DNA of 64,000 nucleotides from Eledone cirrhosa (lineage: Eukaryota), in the NCBI GenBank assembly GCA_964016885.1, contig OZ024755.1:39928001-39992000 (forward strand). The letters are read 5' to 3'. Numbering within the stretch: position 1 is the first letter of the stretch; each line of letters begins with the position of its first letter. Below the pieces are notes generated by a model that worked only from the letters and a program-made list of their open reading frames with translations, made no database searches and was not told the origin of the DNA. The translations under genes and the position numbers were made by a program. Shown one piece after another: positions 1-11,935 of the stretch.

Positions 1-1633
1 GTTTTCATCAGATAAAACAGGAGGACATGATATGAAGGCTAAAAAACACTTGTGGATAGTTCAGTTTTAAATCAACATATGAGAAGTAGTTTTAGATTGA
101 TGTGTGATATTGGGAAAAATATTTTATTTAGAGGGGGGGGGGTGAAAAAAAAAGAGGAGGAGATGAGAGTGAAGGTGGAGAAGGGGGAGTATAATGAGGA
201 AGGATGAGATAGGAGGAGAGATGGGTGATAGAGAGAGAGAGAGATAGTTTTTATAACTGAGAAAGATATATTGTTTTACATAGAGAGGTTGAAAACCGTT
301 GGAAGATAATGTATAAATTAAAAGAATTTGAAAATTAACGAAGGGAAAAAATATGTGCGAAGAAGGAGAGGGAGTTAATATGTATTGAGAATAATGAGTT
401 AGATGATAGGGAGAGGAGAATAATGAATTGCGGATGAATATTCTAACGTCAAAAAAAATGTATATGTTTACGAAGGATTTTTATAAGGTGATATAGAGTA
501 AGAATGTGTTGTATTATGTAATAATTGATTCTATGTTAGGCAAGAGTGAGAAAAGGTACAGATTAGGGGTTAGATATTAGAAGAGAGGAAAAGAAAGTGA
601 TAAATATGGGTGGTGTAGAAAGAGTCAACAAGTATTATGGAAATTTGAAAATTAACGAAGAGAAAAAAAAATAAAAATAAAAAAATAATGTAAAGTTAAG
701 GTTTGTATATTGAAGGATTTGAGAAAAATAATGTGAAGTTAAGGTTTGTATATTGAAGGAATTGATAATATTCTCAATACATATTAACATTTTCTTTTTC
801 TTCGCACATATTATCAATTCCTTCAATATACAAACCTTAACTTCACATTATTTTTCTCAAATCCTTAACTTTACATTATTATTTTTTTTTTCTCTTCGTT
901 AATTTTCAAATTTCCATAATACTTGTTGACTCTTTCTACACCACCCATATTTATCACTTCCTTTTCCTCTCTTCTAATATCTAACTCCTAATCTGTACCT
1001 TTTCTCACTCTTGCCTAACATAGAATCAATTATTACATAATACAACACATTCTTACTCTATATCACCTTATAAAAATCCTTCGTAAACATATACATTTTT
1101 TTTGACGTTAGAATATTCATCCGCAATTCATTATTCTCTTCTCTCTATCATCTAACTCATTATTCTCAATACATATTAACTCCCTCTCCTTCTTCGCACA
1201 TATTTTTTCCCTTCGTTAATTTTCAAATTCTTTTAATTTATACATTATCTTCCAACGGTTTTCAACCTCTCTATGTAAAACAATATATCTTTCTCAGTTA
1301 TAAAAACTATCTCTCTCTCTCTATCACCCATCTCTCCTCCTATCTCATCCTTCCTCATTATACTCCTCCCTCTCCACCTTCACTCTCATCTCCTCTTCTT
1401 TTTTTTCACCCCCCCCCCCCCTCAAATAAAATATTTTTCCCAATATCACACATCAATCTAAAACTACTTCTCATATGTTGTTTAAAACTGAACTATCCAC
1501 AAGTGTTTTTTAGCCTTCATATCATGTCCTCCTGTTTTATCTGATGAAAACACAAATATTATTGCATGGTGATATTTGTTTTTGAAATGCGCATAATAAA
1601 ATACATGGAACTCCTTTAACCATCTTTTGTTCT

Positions 1634-1636
<3 letters not shown>
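1..1636. mobile_element. Fold-back (inverted) copy of the 3' UTR/pseudo-LTR of a Penelope-like element; runs off the left window edge
   Basis: 1-770 is the near-perfect reverse complement of 809-1550, with a spacer at 771-808. The right arm matches the 3' UTR/pLTR of the PLE at about 53100-53880 and carries a hammerhead motif. Confidence 0.85.
1533..1603 (+). ncRNA. Type I hammerhead ribozyme (family A, PLE pLTR)
   Basis: tgttttat-CTGATGA-aaacacaaatat..atatttgttttt-GAAA-tgcgca-TA-ataaaata. Both core boxes, stem I, stem II and a palindromic stem III (ATGCGCAT) are present. Confidence 0.85.
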
Positions 1637-1710
<74 letters not shown>

Positions 1711-1714
1711 TTAA

Positions 1715-1750
<36 letters not shown>

Positions 1751-1786
1751 TTAAGTATATATATATATATATATATATATACTTAA

Positions 1787-1890
<104 letters not shown>

Positions 1891-2443
1891 TACAATATGT
1901 CATATTGCTCAACACCACAATATGACATACACACACACACATAACACCAACACCTTCTACTTTAGAAAATAAAAACCCGAATTAAATAAACCTTAAACAT
2001 ACGTTTGCACTGGCAATACAACAGCAAACACGAAAAATTCAGGAAAATATGTTCATTCAAAAATATTCCTACTAAAGGAATCACTTTCCTACACACACAC
2101 ATACACACACACACAATATATATATATATATATATTCTCTTCATCTTAACATGCTAACCATACTCCCACACACATAACAACCCATTTCTACTAATAGAAC
2201 CACTTTCCTACACACATATATATATACACACACACAAAATATATATTCTCTCCATCTTAACATACTCGCGCACACACACATAACACCCATATACACACAC
2301 ACACAACTCCCTCCCCCATATATATATATATATACTTAAGTATATATATATATATATATACTTAAGTATATATATATATATATATATATATACTTAAGTA
2401 TATATATATATATATACATACTTAAACATCGTTTAAATCTCGA

Positions 2444-2764
2444 TTGTATAGGCATTCTTACTCAATAAAACACCAGAGCCAAAGAAATGTAACAACTTTA
2501 GCAGAAAAAGCTTGGACGCTCAGGGATAGCAATCAAAAGTTTACCCTAAAATGGGAAAAATTAGCTAAAACCCAAAGCTTTTCCAGGAGCCAAAATTTCT
2601 GCAAATTGTGTAATCTTGAGATTTATTACATAATCACACACAAGAAGAAACTGCTGAATAACAGAATTGAACGAACATTATTCTGCCGTCACAGAACTAA
2701 AACCCTTTTTTTCCCACTACAAGCCGAATATTACATAAAAGAGGGACATCCCCCAACTATATAA
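2444..2764 (+). pseudogene. C-terminal GIY-YIG endonuclease fragment of a 5'-truncated PLE (Hydra-clade-like); 3' UTR extends to about 3855
   Basis: TTLAEKAWTLRD..LKWEK..CKLCNLE..LLNNRIE..CRH aligns by eye with the EN ends of ORFs 16867-17565, 50541-52961 and 58284-58847. Confidence 0.75.
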
Positions 2765-3059
2765 ACCTTAATCTAGTTAGAAAAATATAAAAACAATCTC
2801 TTCTCAACATATATTAATAACCTTAAATTACCATACTAATAATGAAAAGATATGCTGATGAGAATAGGTACAAATATGCGATAATGAATGTGTCTAAAAA
2901 CGTCCATAAGTATGTATATATATGTGAAAATGTATATAAATAAGTAAATATATATATATGTTTGATGTGTATAGTTAGATGTAAGTGTATTCATGTATTA
3001 AAGTGCTTATATATATATATATATATATGTGTGTATGTGTATATGTGTGTGTGTGTGGG

Positions 3060-3112
<53 letters not shown>

Positions 3113-3878
3113 ATGTATATATGTATATATATATGTGTATGTATGTATGTGTATGTGGATGTGTATGTATGCGTATGTGTGTACACATGGACTAGAGTAT
3201 GTATGTATATATGTGTGTGTCTATACGTGTGTATATATAAAGATAAGTTGAGTATGAAAATGTATACACATGAGCGCGTATGTATGTACATGAATACATG
3301 TGTGTATATATATGTGTATGCATGTGTATATATATGTAAGTATGACTATGTGAATTGTGAGTATATGTATTTTGTAGAGGTGTGCAAATATATTTGTGTG
3401 TGAATGCGTGGGTGAAAGAATACGTACACTTGAAAGAAAAATTTAAGTCTGAATGTTAAGTGCAAACACAAAACCAACCACGCATATCTTTACTATCTCT
3501 AATCCTTCTATAGATTTAGAAAAATAACCAATAATATATTCCATAAAAAATGTCAAAACAACAGATGGGAATCTAATTACTCACTGCCACCAAGAATTCT
3601 CACTGCTATCGAAAAACCACTCCTTCAACTATTCTTCTAACAACTTCACCCCTCCCTCCTAATATTCTCTATAAAAACTAAATAGGTCCTCAGTAATATT
3701 ATTCTGATGAAATGACAGTAAATAATAACACTGAAATATTGAATGTCTGCATAACTAAAAGTTTGTAGATAGCTGTTTTAGGTTATGTAACTGTTATAGA
3801 AACACGTGTAAATAAATTCCTTTCAACTAAACTGTATCCATTCAAATCTTTCTATATATATATATATATATATATACT

Positions 3879-3923
<45 letters not shown>

Positions 3924-3961
3924 TTAAGTATATATATATATATATATATATATATACTTAA

Positions 3962-3997
<36 letters not shown>

Positions 3998-4001
3998 TTA
4001 A

Positions 4002-4037
<36 letters not shown>

Positions 4038-4233
4038 TTAAGTATATATATATATATATATATATATATACTTATATTGTTATACTTTGGGAGGGTCATG
4101 TTGCCAATAAGAATCATACGCACCAGTTGCTTTCAATACAATTTATTATAATAAATTTATAATAAATTTATAATAAATTTATAAATTTCTGGTTGGTTGG
4201 TTGGTTCCACAACCAGATAGTTGTTTATATATT

Positions 4234-4276
4234 GTCATAGTTCTTTCGTCACACACTCTGTGACCTCTTCAGTGAC
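4234..4276 (-). ncRNA. Minimal type I hammerhead ribozyme (family B)
   Basis: Reverse complement of 6617-6659. Confidence 0.75.
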
Positions 4277-4564
4277 TGGGGATTCCTTTCTTTGTTTCTG
4301 TGCCTCTCCTTTGTTCTGTCCTACGCCATTTTGTTTCTGTGTGTGTGTTGTGTGCTCAGTCTGCGCATGCGCTACATCCGGGTGTCTGTGTGTGTTTATG
4401 TTCATTTATTTATTTGTTTATTTACATGTTACTGGTTGGTTGTTTGTTCTATGTGTGTTTTTTCATTTTGTCCTTAATTGTAAGTTGTGATGTTGCTGTT
4501 CCACTCATATTTTCTATTTAATTTTGGTTGTAATTCTTTTATGTTTATTGCCTCTGTAATTTGT

Positions 4565-6068
4565 CTAAACATTGCGTCTTTTCTGTGTGTAGATTCTATT
4601 TTTATTTCTGTTCTCTAATTTACCCTTGTGTTCTATTTTAGCATGTTGGTAGAGTACAGATGATTCTTTACTATCTTGAAGGTCTCGCCAGTGTTCATTT
4701 ATCCGTTCCCCTACACTACGAGCTGTCTCACCTATGTACACTATATTTTTGTCTCTACATTGTCCTTCGGTACATCTTATGCTATACACTACATTTCTAG
4801 TTTTACAGTTAATATGGGGGCTTATTTTACAGGTTATACATTTCTTATCTATACATGAGGGTCTTTGAAAAGGGTATGTCTTGCTAATGAGTGTTTTTAC
4901 GGAGGTACCTGGTCTTTCTACTATCTTAATATTGAGTTTATGTTTATTGAGGGCCCTTCTAAATTTGTAAGCTAATTCATCTCTAGGGGTTGTATCGATG
5001 AACATTACACTCTGGTATTTATTGCTATCATACCCTGAGTTTATTCTATTAGCCTTGTTCCTAGTTCTTTCTATTCTATTCCAAAATTTGCTCCTATACA
5101 AGGGGCAGGTCCCATTTATGTCATTATTTACCATTTTTTCCCATTTGGTTCTGGCTCCTCTATTCACTCTGATTTTATCTCTCTGATTGTAGCCTGAGAA
5201 CTACATACGGTGGATGAAGTGTTGTATGTGTCTCTCTAGTTCTTCGGGGTTGCACATGCGGGACACGTTTCTCATCACCTGTATCAAATCCGCAATCAGT
5301 ATGTTGATTTTGGTATGGTCCGAAACGGCCGAGTTTCGGTGGATCAGATGTTTGGAAGTCATGGGTTTGGCATAATGGGAATGGAGGATTTGTTTTTTAT
5401 TATTAATGGTATCTAACCAGAGCTCTGTGTCTAGTACAGGTAATCGATGGTTGGGGTGTTTACTTGGGTAGTCTATAGTAACTCTAATGCTCTGGTGGAT
5501 GGAGTTAGCTATTTGCTGGATGCTTTCCATTGTGTTTTTCTCTAGTTCCTGACTGTTCTCTAGTGGGGGTGTCTTAATTACGATGTTTATATCATCAACG
5601 TAGCGGGAGTACATTATCAGGGTTAAGGGGTCTTCTAATTGTTATTTAAGTTTAAGTTTAAGTCTACTGTCCCACCATACCATGAATAAGTTAGCTATGT
5701 CGCCTGCAATGCTAACACCAATGGGTGCTCCTTCCTCTTGGGCATATGTTTTTCCATTAAATTTGAACATATGTTCCTTAAGGGTTAGTTTTATGCTGGC
5801 CCCTACCGCATGTGCAATCATTTTCTTCAGTTCATCGTGGTTTTCGGGTGTCCGTATGGCTCTGGTCCACCCGTTCCATCTATCTGTGTGGGTTTTTTTG
5901 GCCATTGAGGTAATGGTAGGTGGTCTGCCTCTTGCAGGTCTTGTAGGGCACAGGTTGCTAAGGTCATATGTGTCTAGGTAATTATTACTATAGGTAAGTT
6001 TAAGTAGGAGTCCCAGCTCACTGGTATCAATCCCACGGAACTCAACAGAGAAATGCTCAGAAATGATC
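4565..6068 (-). pseudogene. PLE RT + C-terminal GIY-YIG endonuclease, disrupted
   Basis: Three ORF pieces share one frame and are separated by TAA (5642) and TAG (5201). Motifs: QEEGAPIG (B'), YSRYVDD (C), LPVLDTELW, VVYSIRC..C..IVYIGETAR..R..EH. A 2-nt deletion near 4612 frameshifts the end. Confidence 0.88.
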
Positions 6069-6098
6069 GGTGAGAGCAATGTTGATTTCCGTGGGATT

Positions 6099-6413
6099 GA
6101 TAGCATAAGATGTACCGAAGGGCAATGTAAAGACAAAAATATAGTGTACATAGGTGAGACAGCTCGTAGTGTAGGGGAACGGATAAATGAACACTGGCGA
6201 GACCTTCAAGATAGTAAAGAATCATCTGTACTCTACCAACATGCTAAAATAGAACACAAGGGTAAATTAGAGAACATAGAAATAAAAATAGAATCTACAC
6301 ACAGAAAAGACGCAATGTTTAGACAAATTACAGAGGCAATAAACATAAAAGAATTACAACCAAAATTAAATAGAAAATATGAGTGGAACAGCAACATCAC
6401 AACTTATAATTAA
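6099..6413 (+). pseudogene. Inverted duplicate of the GIY-YIG C-terminus (keeps the unshifted end)
   Basis: SIRCTEGQC..YIGETAR..RQITEAINIKELQPKLNRKYEW is the same sequence as the minus-strand copy but lacks the frameshift. Confidence 0.85.
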
Positions 6414-6616
6414 GGACAAAATGAAAACACACACACACACATAGAACAAACAACCAACCAGTAACATGTAAATAAACAAATAAATAAATGAACATAAACA
6501 CACACAGACACCCGGATGTGGCGCATGCGCAGACTGAGCACACAACACACACACAGAAACAAAATGGCGTAGAACAGAACAAAGGAGAGGCACAGAAACA
6601 AAGAAAGGAATCCCCA

Positions 6617-6659
6617 GTCACTGAAGAGGTCACAGAGTGTGTGACGAAAGAACTATGAC
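6617..6659 (+). ncRNA. Minimal type I hammerhead ribozyme (family B)
   Basis: gtca-CTGAAGA-g gtcaca gagtg tgtgac-GAAA-gaac-TA-tgac. Confidence 0.75.
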
Positions 6660-6979
6660 AATATATAAACAACTATCTGGTTGTGGAACCAACCAACCAA
6701 CCAGAAATTTATAAATTTATAAATTTATTATAAATTTATTATAATAAATTGAAGTGAAAGCAACTGGTGCGTGTGTTTCTTATTGGTAACATGATCCTCC
6801 CAAAGTATAACAATATCGGTTTCAACACACGATTTCAGATAAAGAATCTTGCTAAACAAATTCAGAAACGAAATATATATATATATATGTATATATACTT
6901 AAGTATATATATATATATATATATATAAATATATATATACTTAAGTATGTATATATATATATATATATATATACTTAAG

Positions 6980-7022
<43 letters not shown>

Positions 7023-7258
7023 TTAAGTATGTATATATATATACTTAAGTATGTATATATATATACTTAAGTATGCATATATATATACTTAAGTATGTAT
7101 ATATATATATATATACTTAAGTATATATATATATATATACTTAAGTATGTATATATATATATATATATATACTTAAGTATATATATATATACTTAAGTAT
7201 ATATATATATATACTTAAGTATGTATATATATATATAGTTAAGTATGTATATATATAT

Positions 7259-7985
7259 ATATGAAAAAGTAAGTCCTTCATCAGTGGCCCTCCAACCGTC
7301 CTAGGCATTTCATCGCTTTAAGGGCCATATACCTCAGGTTGGTGCGAACAACGGCTAAAAAAAGTCGTTGGGACACGTAAGTAAAGGGGACGTTAGGGTG
7401 AACAAACAAAATGGTGAAGCAACAGAAAGTGAGAAGAAAGTGACAAGTCCCAGATTTCTATGAATATAAACTCGGTGAAATCGTGAACGAGAGACTAAAG
7501 ACAATCAAACCTGGTTGAAATGTGAGCAAGGAAGGAATTTCGCACAGGTCTAACGGGAGGAAGAAGGGGTCTGGTCTGCGAATTCGGTAAACATAAGTTC
7601 TGTGAAGTCGCAGACGGGAGAGAGAGAGAGAAAAGAAATTCATACCGGCTTGGCCAAGAACGCGCGAGAAAAGAAATCGGACAGGTCAAACGGGAAGAAA
7701 GAGGAGGAGGAGGAGAGGTAGTGACAGAGAATGAGGGAGTGAAAGTTGAGGAAGAGGCTAACAGAGAGAGAGAGACTGCTAGAAAGGGTAAAGATACAAA
7801 GAACGAAACAGACGGGTGGCAGCAGAGGAAAAAATATATGTGTAAATATGATAATAATGGAGCTGCGGCGTTGCAAATGGGTTACATATGAAAAATTATG
7901 TCCTTCATCAGTGACCCTCCAACCGTCCTAGGCATTTCATCGCTTTAAGGGCCATATACCTCAAGTTGGTGCGAACAACGGCTAA
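7259..7985. mobile_element. Non-coding element with about 100-bp terminal direct repeats (period 627 bp)
   Basis: 7259-7358 is nearly identical to 7886-7985. There is no credible ORF and both flanks are (AT)n. Confidence 0.6.
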
Positions 7986-8053
7986 TACTTAAGTATGTAT
8001 ATATATATATATACTTAAGTATGTATATATATATACATATATACTTAAGTAAG

Positions 8054-8090
<37 letters not shown>

Positions 8091-8095
8091 TTAAG

Positions 8096-8130
<35 letters not shown>

Positions 8131-8490
8131 TTAAGTATGTATATATATATATATATATATATATACTTAAGTATGTATATATATATATATATATATATAT
8201 AAAAACAAATAACGAAACGAAATTAAATTTCGTTTCGCTTCTAACTCACTTTTGTATGACTGACGCTTAAACAATTAAGTTAAAGTGTACATCTACATAT
8301 GTATACGGAAGTATTAGTATGCATATAAATACACACATGTATACATATGTACATGTACTCAGCTTTTCACTAGACACTTTACAGTGAGTGTCAGCTAGTC
8401 TGTATGTAACCACACAGGCGGACCGGGTTTTAGAGTCATTCGAGTTTTCAAGGAAACACATTTCCTCTATTCTCCAGAGGGCCAGACAGG

Positions 8491-8535
8491 AATATTGGAC
8501 TAGTTTCGATGTTATTACATCTCATCAGCAATATT
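8491..8535 (-). ncRNA. Type I hammerhead ribozyme (family C)
   Basis: Reverse complement of 9044-9088. Confidence 0.88.
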
Positions 8536-9043
8536 TACCCATCTTCCGGCTTCTCTGGAGAATTGTAAAAGCACATATCGTTATATGCTTTCTCTATGAA
8601 AATTAGTAGTGGGTAGACTAATTTGCATAGAACGTGAGTCATTGTACGCACCGGTTCAGCGGAAACGATAAAAACAAATAACGAAACGAAATTAAATTTC
8701 GTTTCGCTTCTAACTCACTTTTGTATGACTGACGCTTAAACAATTAAGTTAAAGTGTACATCTACATATGTATACGGAAGTATTAGTATGCATATAAATA
8801 CACACATGTATACATATGTACATGTACTCAGCTTTTCACTAGACACTTTACAGTGAGTGTCAGCTAGTCTGTATGTAACCACACAGGCGGACCGGGTTTT
8901 AGAGTCATACGAGTTTCCGCTGAACCGGTGCGTACAATGACTCACGTTCTATGCAAATTAGTCTACCCACTACTAATTTTCATAGAGAAAGCATATAACG
9001 ATATGTGCTTTTACAATTCTCCAGAGAAGCCGGAAGATGGGTA

Positions 9044-9088
9044 AATATTGCTGATGAGATGTAATAACATCGAAACTAGTCCAATATT
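9044..9088 (+). ncRNA. Type I hammerhead ribozyme (family C)
   Basis: aatattg-CTGATGA-gatg taataa catc-GAAA-ctag-TC-caatatt. Perfect 7-bp stem I and palindromic stem III (ACTAGT); predicted cleavage after 9081. Confidence 0.9.
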
Positions 9089-9512
9089 CCTGTCTGGCCC
9101 TCTGGAGAATAGAGGAAATGTGTTTCCTTGAAAACTCGTATGACTCTAAAACCCGGTCCGCCTGTGTGGTTACATACAGACTAGCTGACACTCACTGTAA
9201 AGTGTCTAGTGAAAAGCTGAGTACATGTACATATGTATACATGTGTGTATTTATATGCATACTAATACTTCCGTATACATATGTAGATGTACACTTTAAC
9301 TTAATTGTTTAAGCGTCAGTCATACAAAAGTGAGTTAGAAGCGAAACGAAATTTAATTTCGTTTCGTTATTTGTTTTTATCGTTTCCGCTGAACCGGTGC
9401 GTACAATGACTCACGTTCTATGCAAATTAGTCTACCCACTACTAATTTTCATAGAGAAAGCATATAACGATATGTGCTTTTACAATTCTCCAGAGAAGCC
9501 GGAAGATGGGTA

Positions 9513-9557
9513 AATATTGCTGATGAGATGTAATAACATCGAAACTAGTCCAATATT
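9513..9557 (+). ncRNA. Type I hammerhead ribozyme (family C), second tandem copy
   Basis: Identical to 9044-9088, 469 nt downstream. Confidence 0.9.
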
Positions 9558-9864
9558 CCTGTCTGGCCCTCTGGAGAATAGAGGAAATGTGTTTCCTTGA
9601 AAACTCGTATGACTCTAAAACCCGGTCCGCCTGTGTGGTTACATACAGACTAGCTGACACTCACTGTAAAGTGTCTAGTGAAAAGCTGAGTACTTGTACA
9701 TATGTATACATGTGTGTATTTATATGCATACTAATACTTCCGTATACATATGTAGATGTACACTTTAACTTAATTATATATATATATATACTTAAGTATG
9801 TATATATATATATATATATATATACTTAAGTATGTATATATATATATATTTATATATACTTAAG

Positions 9865-9921
<57 letters not shown>

Positions 9922-10006
9922 TTAAGTATGTATATATATATATATACTTAAGTATGTATATATATATATACTTAAGTATGTATATATATATATATATATA
10001 CCTAAG

Positions 10007-10051
<45 letters not shown>

Positions 10052-10096
10052 TTAAGTATGTATATATATATATATATTAATATATACTTAAGTAAG

Positions 10097-10133
<37 letters not shown>

Positions 10134-10209
10134 TTAAGTATATATATAAATATATATATATATATATACTTAAGTATGTATATATATATATATATATATA
10201 TATACTTAA

Positions 10210-10253
<44 letters not shown>

Positions 10254-10258
10254 TTAAG

Positions 10259-10299
<41 letters not shown>

Positions 10300-10333
10300 T
10301 TAAGTATATATATTATATATATATATACTTAAG

Positions 10334-10365
<32 letters not shown>

Positions 10366-10370
10366 CTTAA

Positions 10371-10406
<36 letters not shown>

Positions 10407-10441
10407 TTAAGTATGTATATATATATATATATATATATACT

Positions 10442-10475
<34 letters not shown>

Positions 10476-10487
10476 TACTTAAGTATA

Positions 10488-10585
<98 letters not shown>

Positions 10586-10630
10586 TACTTAAGTATATAT
10601 ATATATATATATACATATATAATATATATA

Positions 10631-10966
10631 CCTTTGATATTTTTCAGCTAGTACTAGCCTAGACCATTTCTAACATAATAGCGCCACCTGGCGAAGTCTT
10701 TCAAATCATGATTTGGGCAGCATGGCCCACTCAATGCGAGTTATTGTAGGTTTGGTAGTCGCAACCACGATGGGTGTGGCGCTTGTATGGTGATAAAATA
10801 TATCTGCTTGGTCTAGTCACTCGGATGACACAGATGTCAGGCTCAGTATATGCTGTATGAATCTCTTCTGGCCAAGACCAGCTAAGTGTGACGCTGGAGA
10901 AGATCTGGTCACTCGAGATAAGTTCTATGGAGGTCAGGTTATACAAGTTCTATGGAGGTCAGGTTA
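10631..10966 (-). mobile_element. Diverged 3'-end fragment (or SINE-like derivative) of the CR1-group LINE
   Basis: The reverse complement of 10631-10745 matches 41145-41260 (tgggccatg.tgcccaaatc..gaaagacttcgccaggtgg.gctatta.gttaga). A short tandem duplication lies at 10920-10966. Confidence 0.7.
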
Positions 10967-11052
10967 GTAAAAAACGTTTATTAAAAAAAAAATATATATA
11001 TATATATATACTTAAGTATATATATATATATATATATATATACATAAAGTAA

Positions 11053-11176
<124 letters not shown>

Positions 11177-11213
11177 TTATATACTTATACTTATTAAGTA
11201 TATATATATATAT

Positions 11214-11430
11214 GGCGTGTGGCTGAGTGGTTAGAGAATTGGATTCGCAATCGTAAGGTTGTGAGTTCGATTCCTAGACCAAGCGATGCGTTATGTCCTT
11301 GAGCAAGACACTTTATTTCACGTTGCTCCTTCTACCTGGAGTTGCGACCGATAGATAGTATTAGCAATTGGAAAGACCAACGGAAACATTGTTCCCTCGG
11401 TCCGATTTGACGAAAGTCGATCGTTCCTTT
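11214..11430 (+). mobile_element. tRNA-derived SINE
   Basis: A-box TGGCTGAGTGG, B-box GTTCGATTCC, followed by a CORE-like tgtccttgagcaagacacttta. A second head-only fragment lies at about 11783-11808. Confidence 0.8.
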
Positions 11431-11608
11431 ATATATATATATACTTAATATGTATATATATATATACTTAAGTATGTATATATATATATACTTAAGTATG
11501 TATATATATATATACTTAAGTATGTATATATATATATATATACTTAAGTATGTATATATATATATATACTTAAGTATATATAAATATATATATATATATA
11601 TATTTAAG

Positions 11609-11640
<32 letters not shown>

Positions 11641-11644
11641 TAAG

Positions 11645-11684
<40 letters not shown>

Positions 11685-11686
11685 AG

Positions 11687-11720
<34 letters not shown>

Positions 11721-11726
11721 CTTAAG

Positions 11727-11777
<51 letters not shown>

Positions 11778-11935
11778 GTGAAGGCGTGTGGCTGAGTGGT
11801 TAGAGAATTATAATGAAAGTTGGGCTGCTTAGTTAACAAAAATAAATTATGTAAACTACATTACGTTCAAACTACAATAGGGAAAATATAAGCTTCAAAA
11901 ATATATATATCTAAAAAAAGGGGTAAATCAGGGAT

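Larger units (their letters stand above)
4074..6870 (-). mobile_element. 5'-truncated Penelope-like element with an inverted duplicate of its 3' end
   Basis: About 4074-4785 is the reverse complement of about 6100-6813. RT and GIY-YIG remnants lie between, HHRs are present in both arms, and both flanks are (AT)n. Confidence 0.9.
8199..9775. mobile_element. Retrozyme-like ORF-less element: 469-bp tandem units in two opposed arrays
   Basis: Units start at 8199 and 8668, invert at 8913 via GTTT microhomology, then start at 8913 and 9382. Units are almost identical and each full unit carries one HHR. Confidence 0.85.

Noticed and set aside
3698-3755. Hammerhead at the 3' end of the 2422-3855 PLE fragment
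   Set aside because: CTGATGA and GAAA are present, but no clean UH site with a paired stem I could be drawn. At most a decayed relic.
5201-5644. In-frame stops in the PLE ORF as selenocysteine recoding (as in some Naiad PLEs)
   Set aside because: The stops are TAG and TAA, not TGA, so they are ordinary nonsense mutations.
11214-11285. tRNA gene
   Set aside because: A and B boxes are present, but the acceptor stem is not convincing and the sequence continues into a SINE body.
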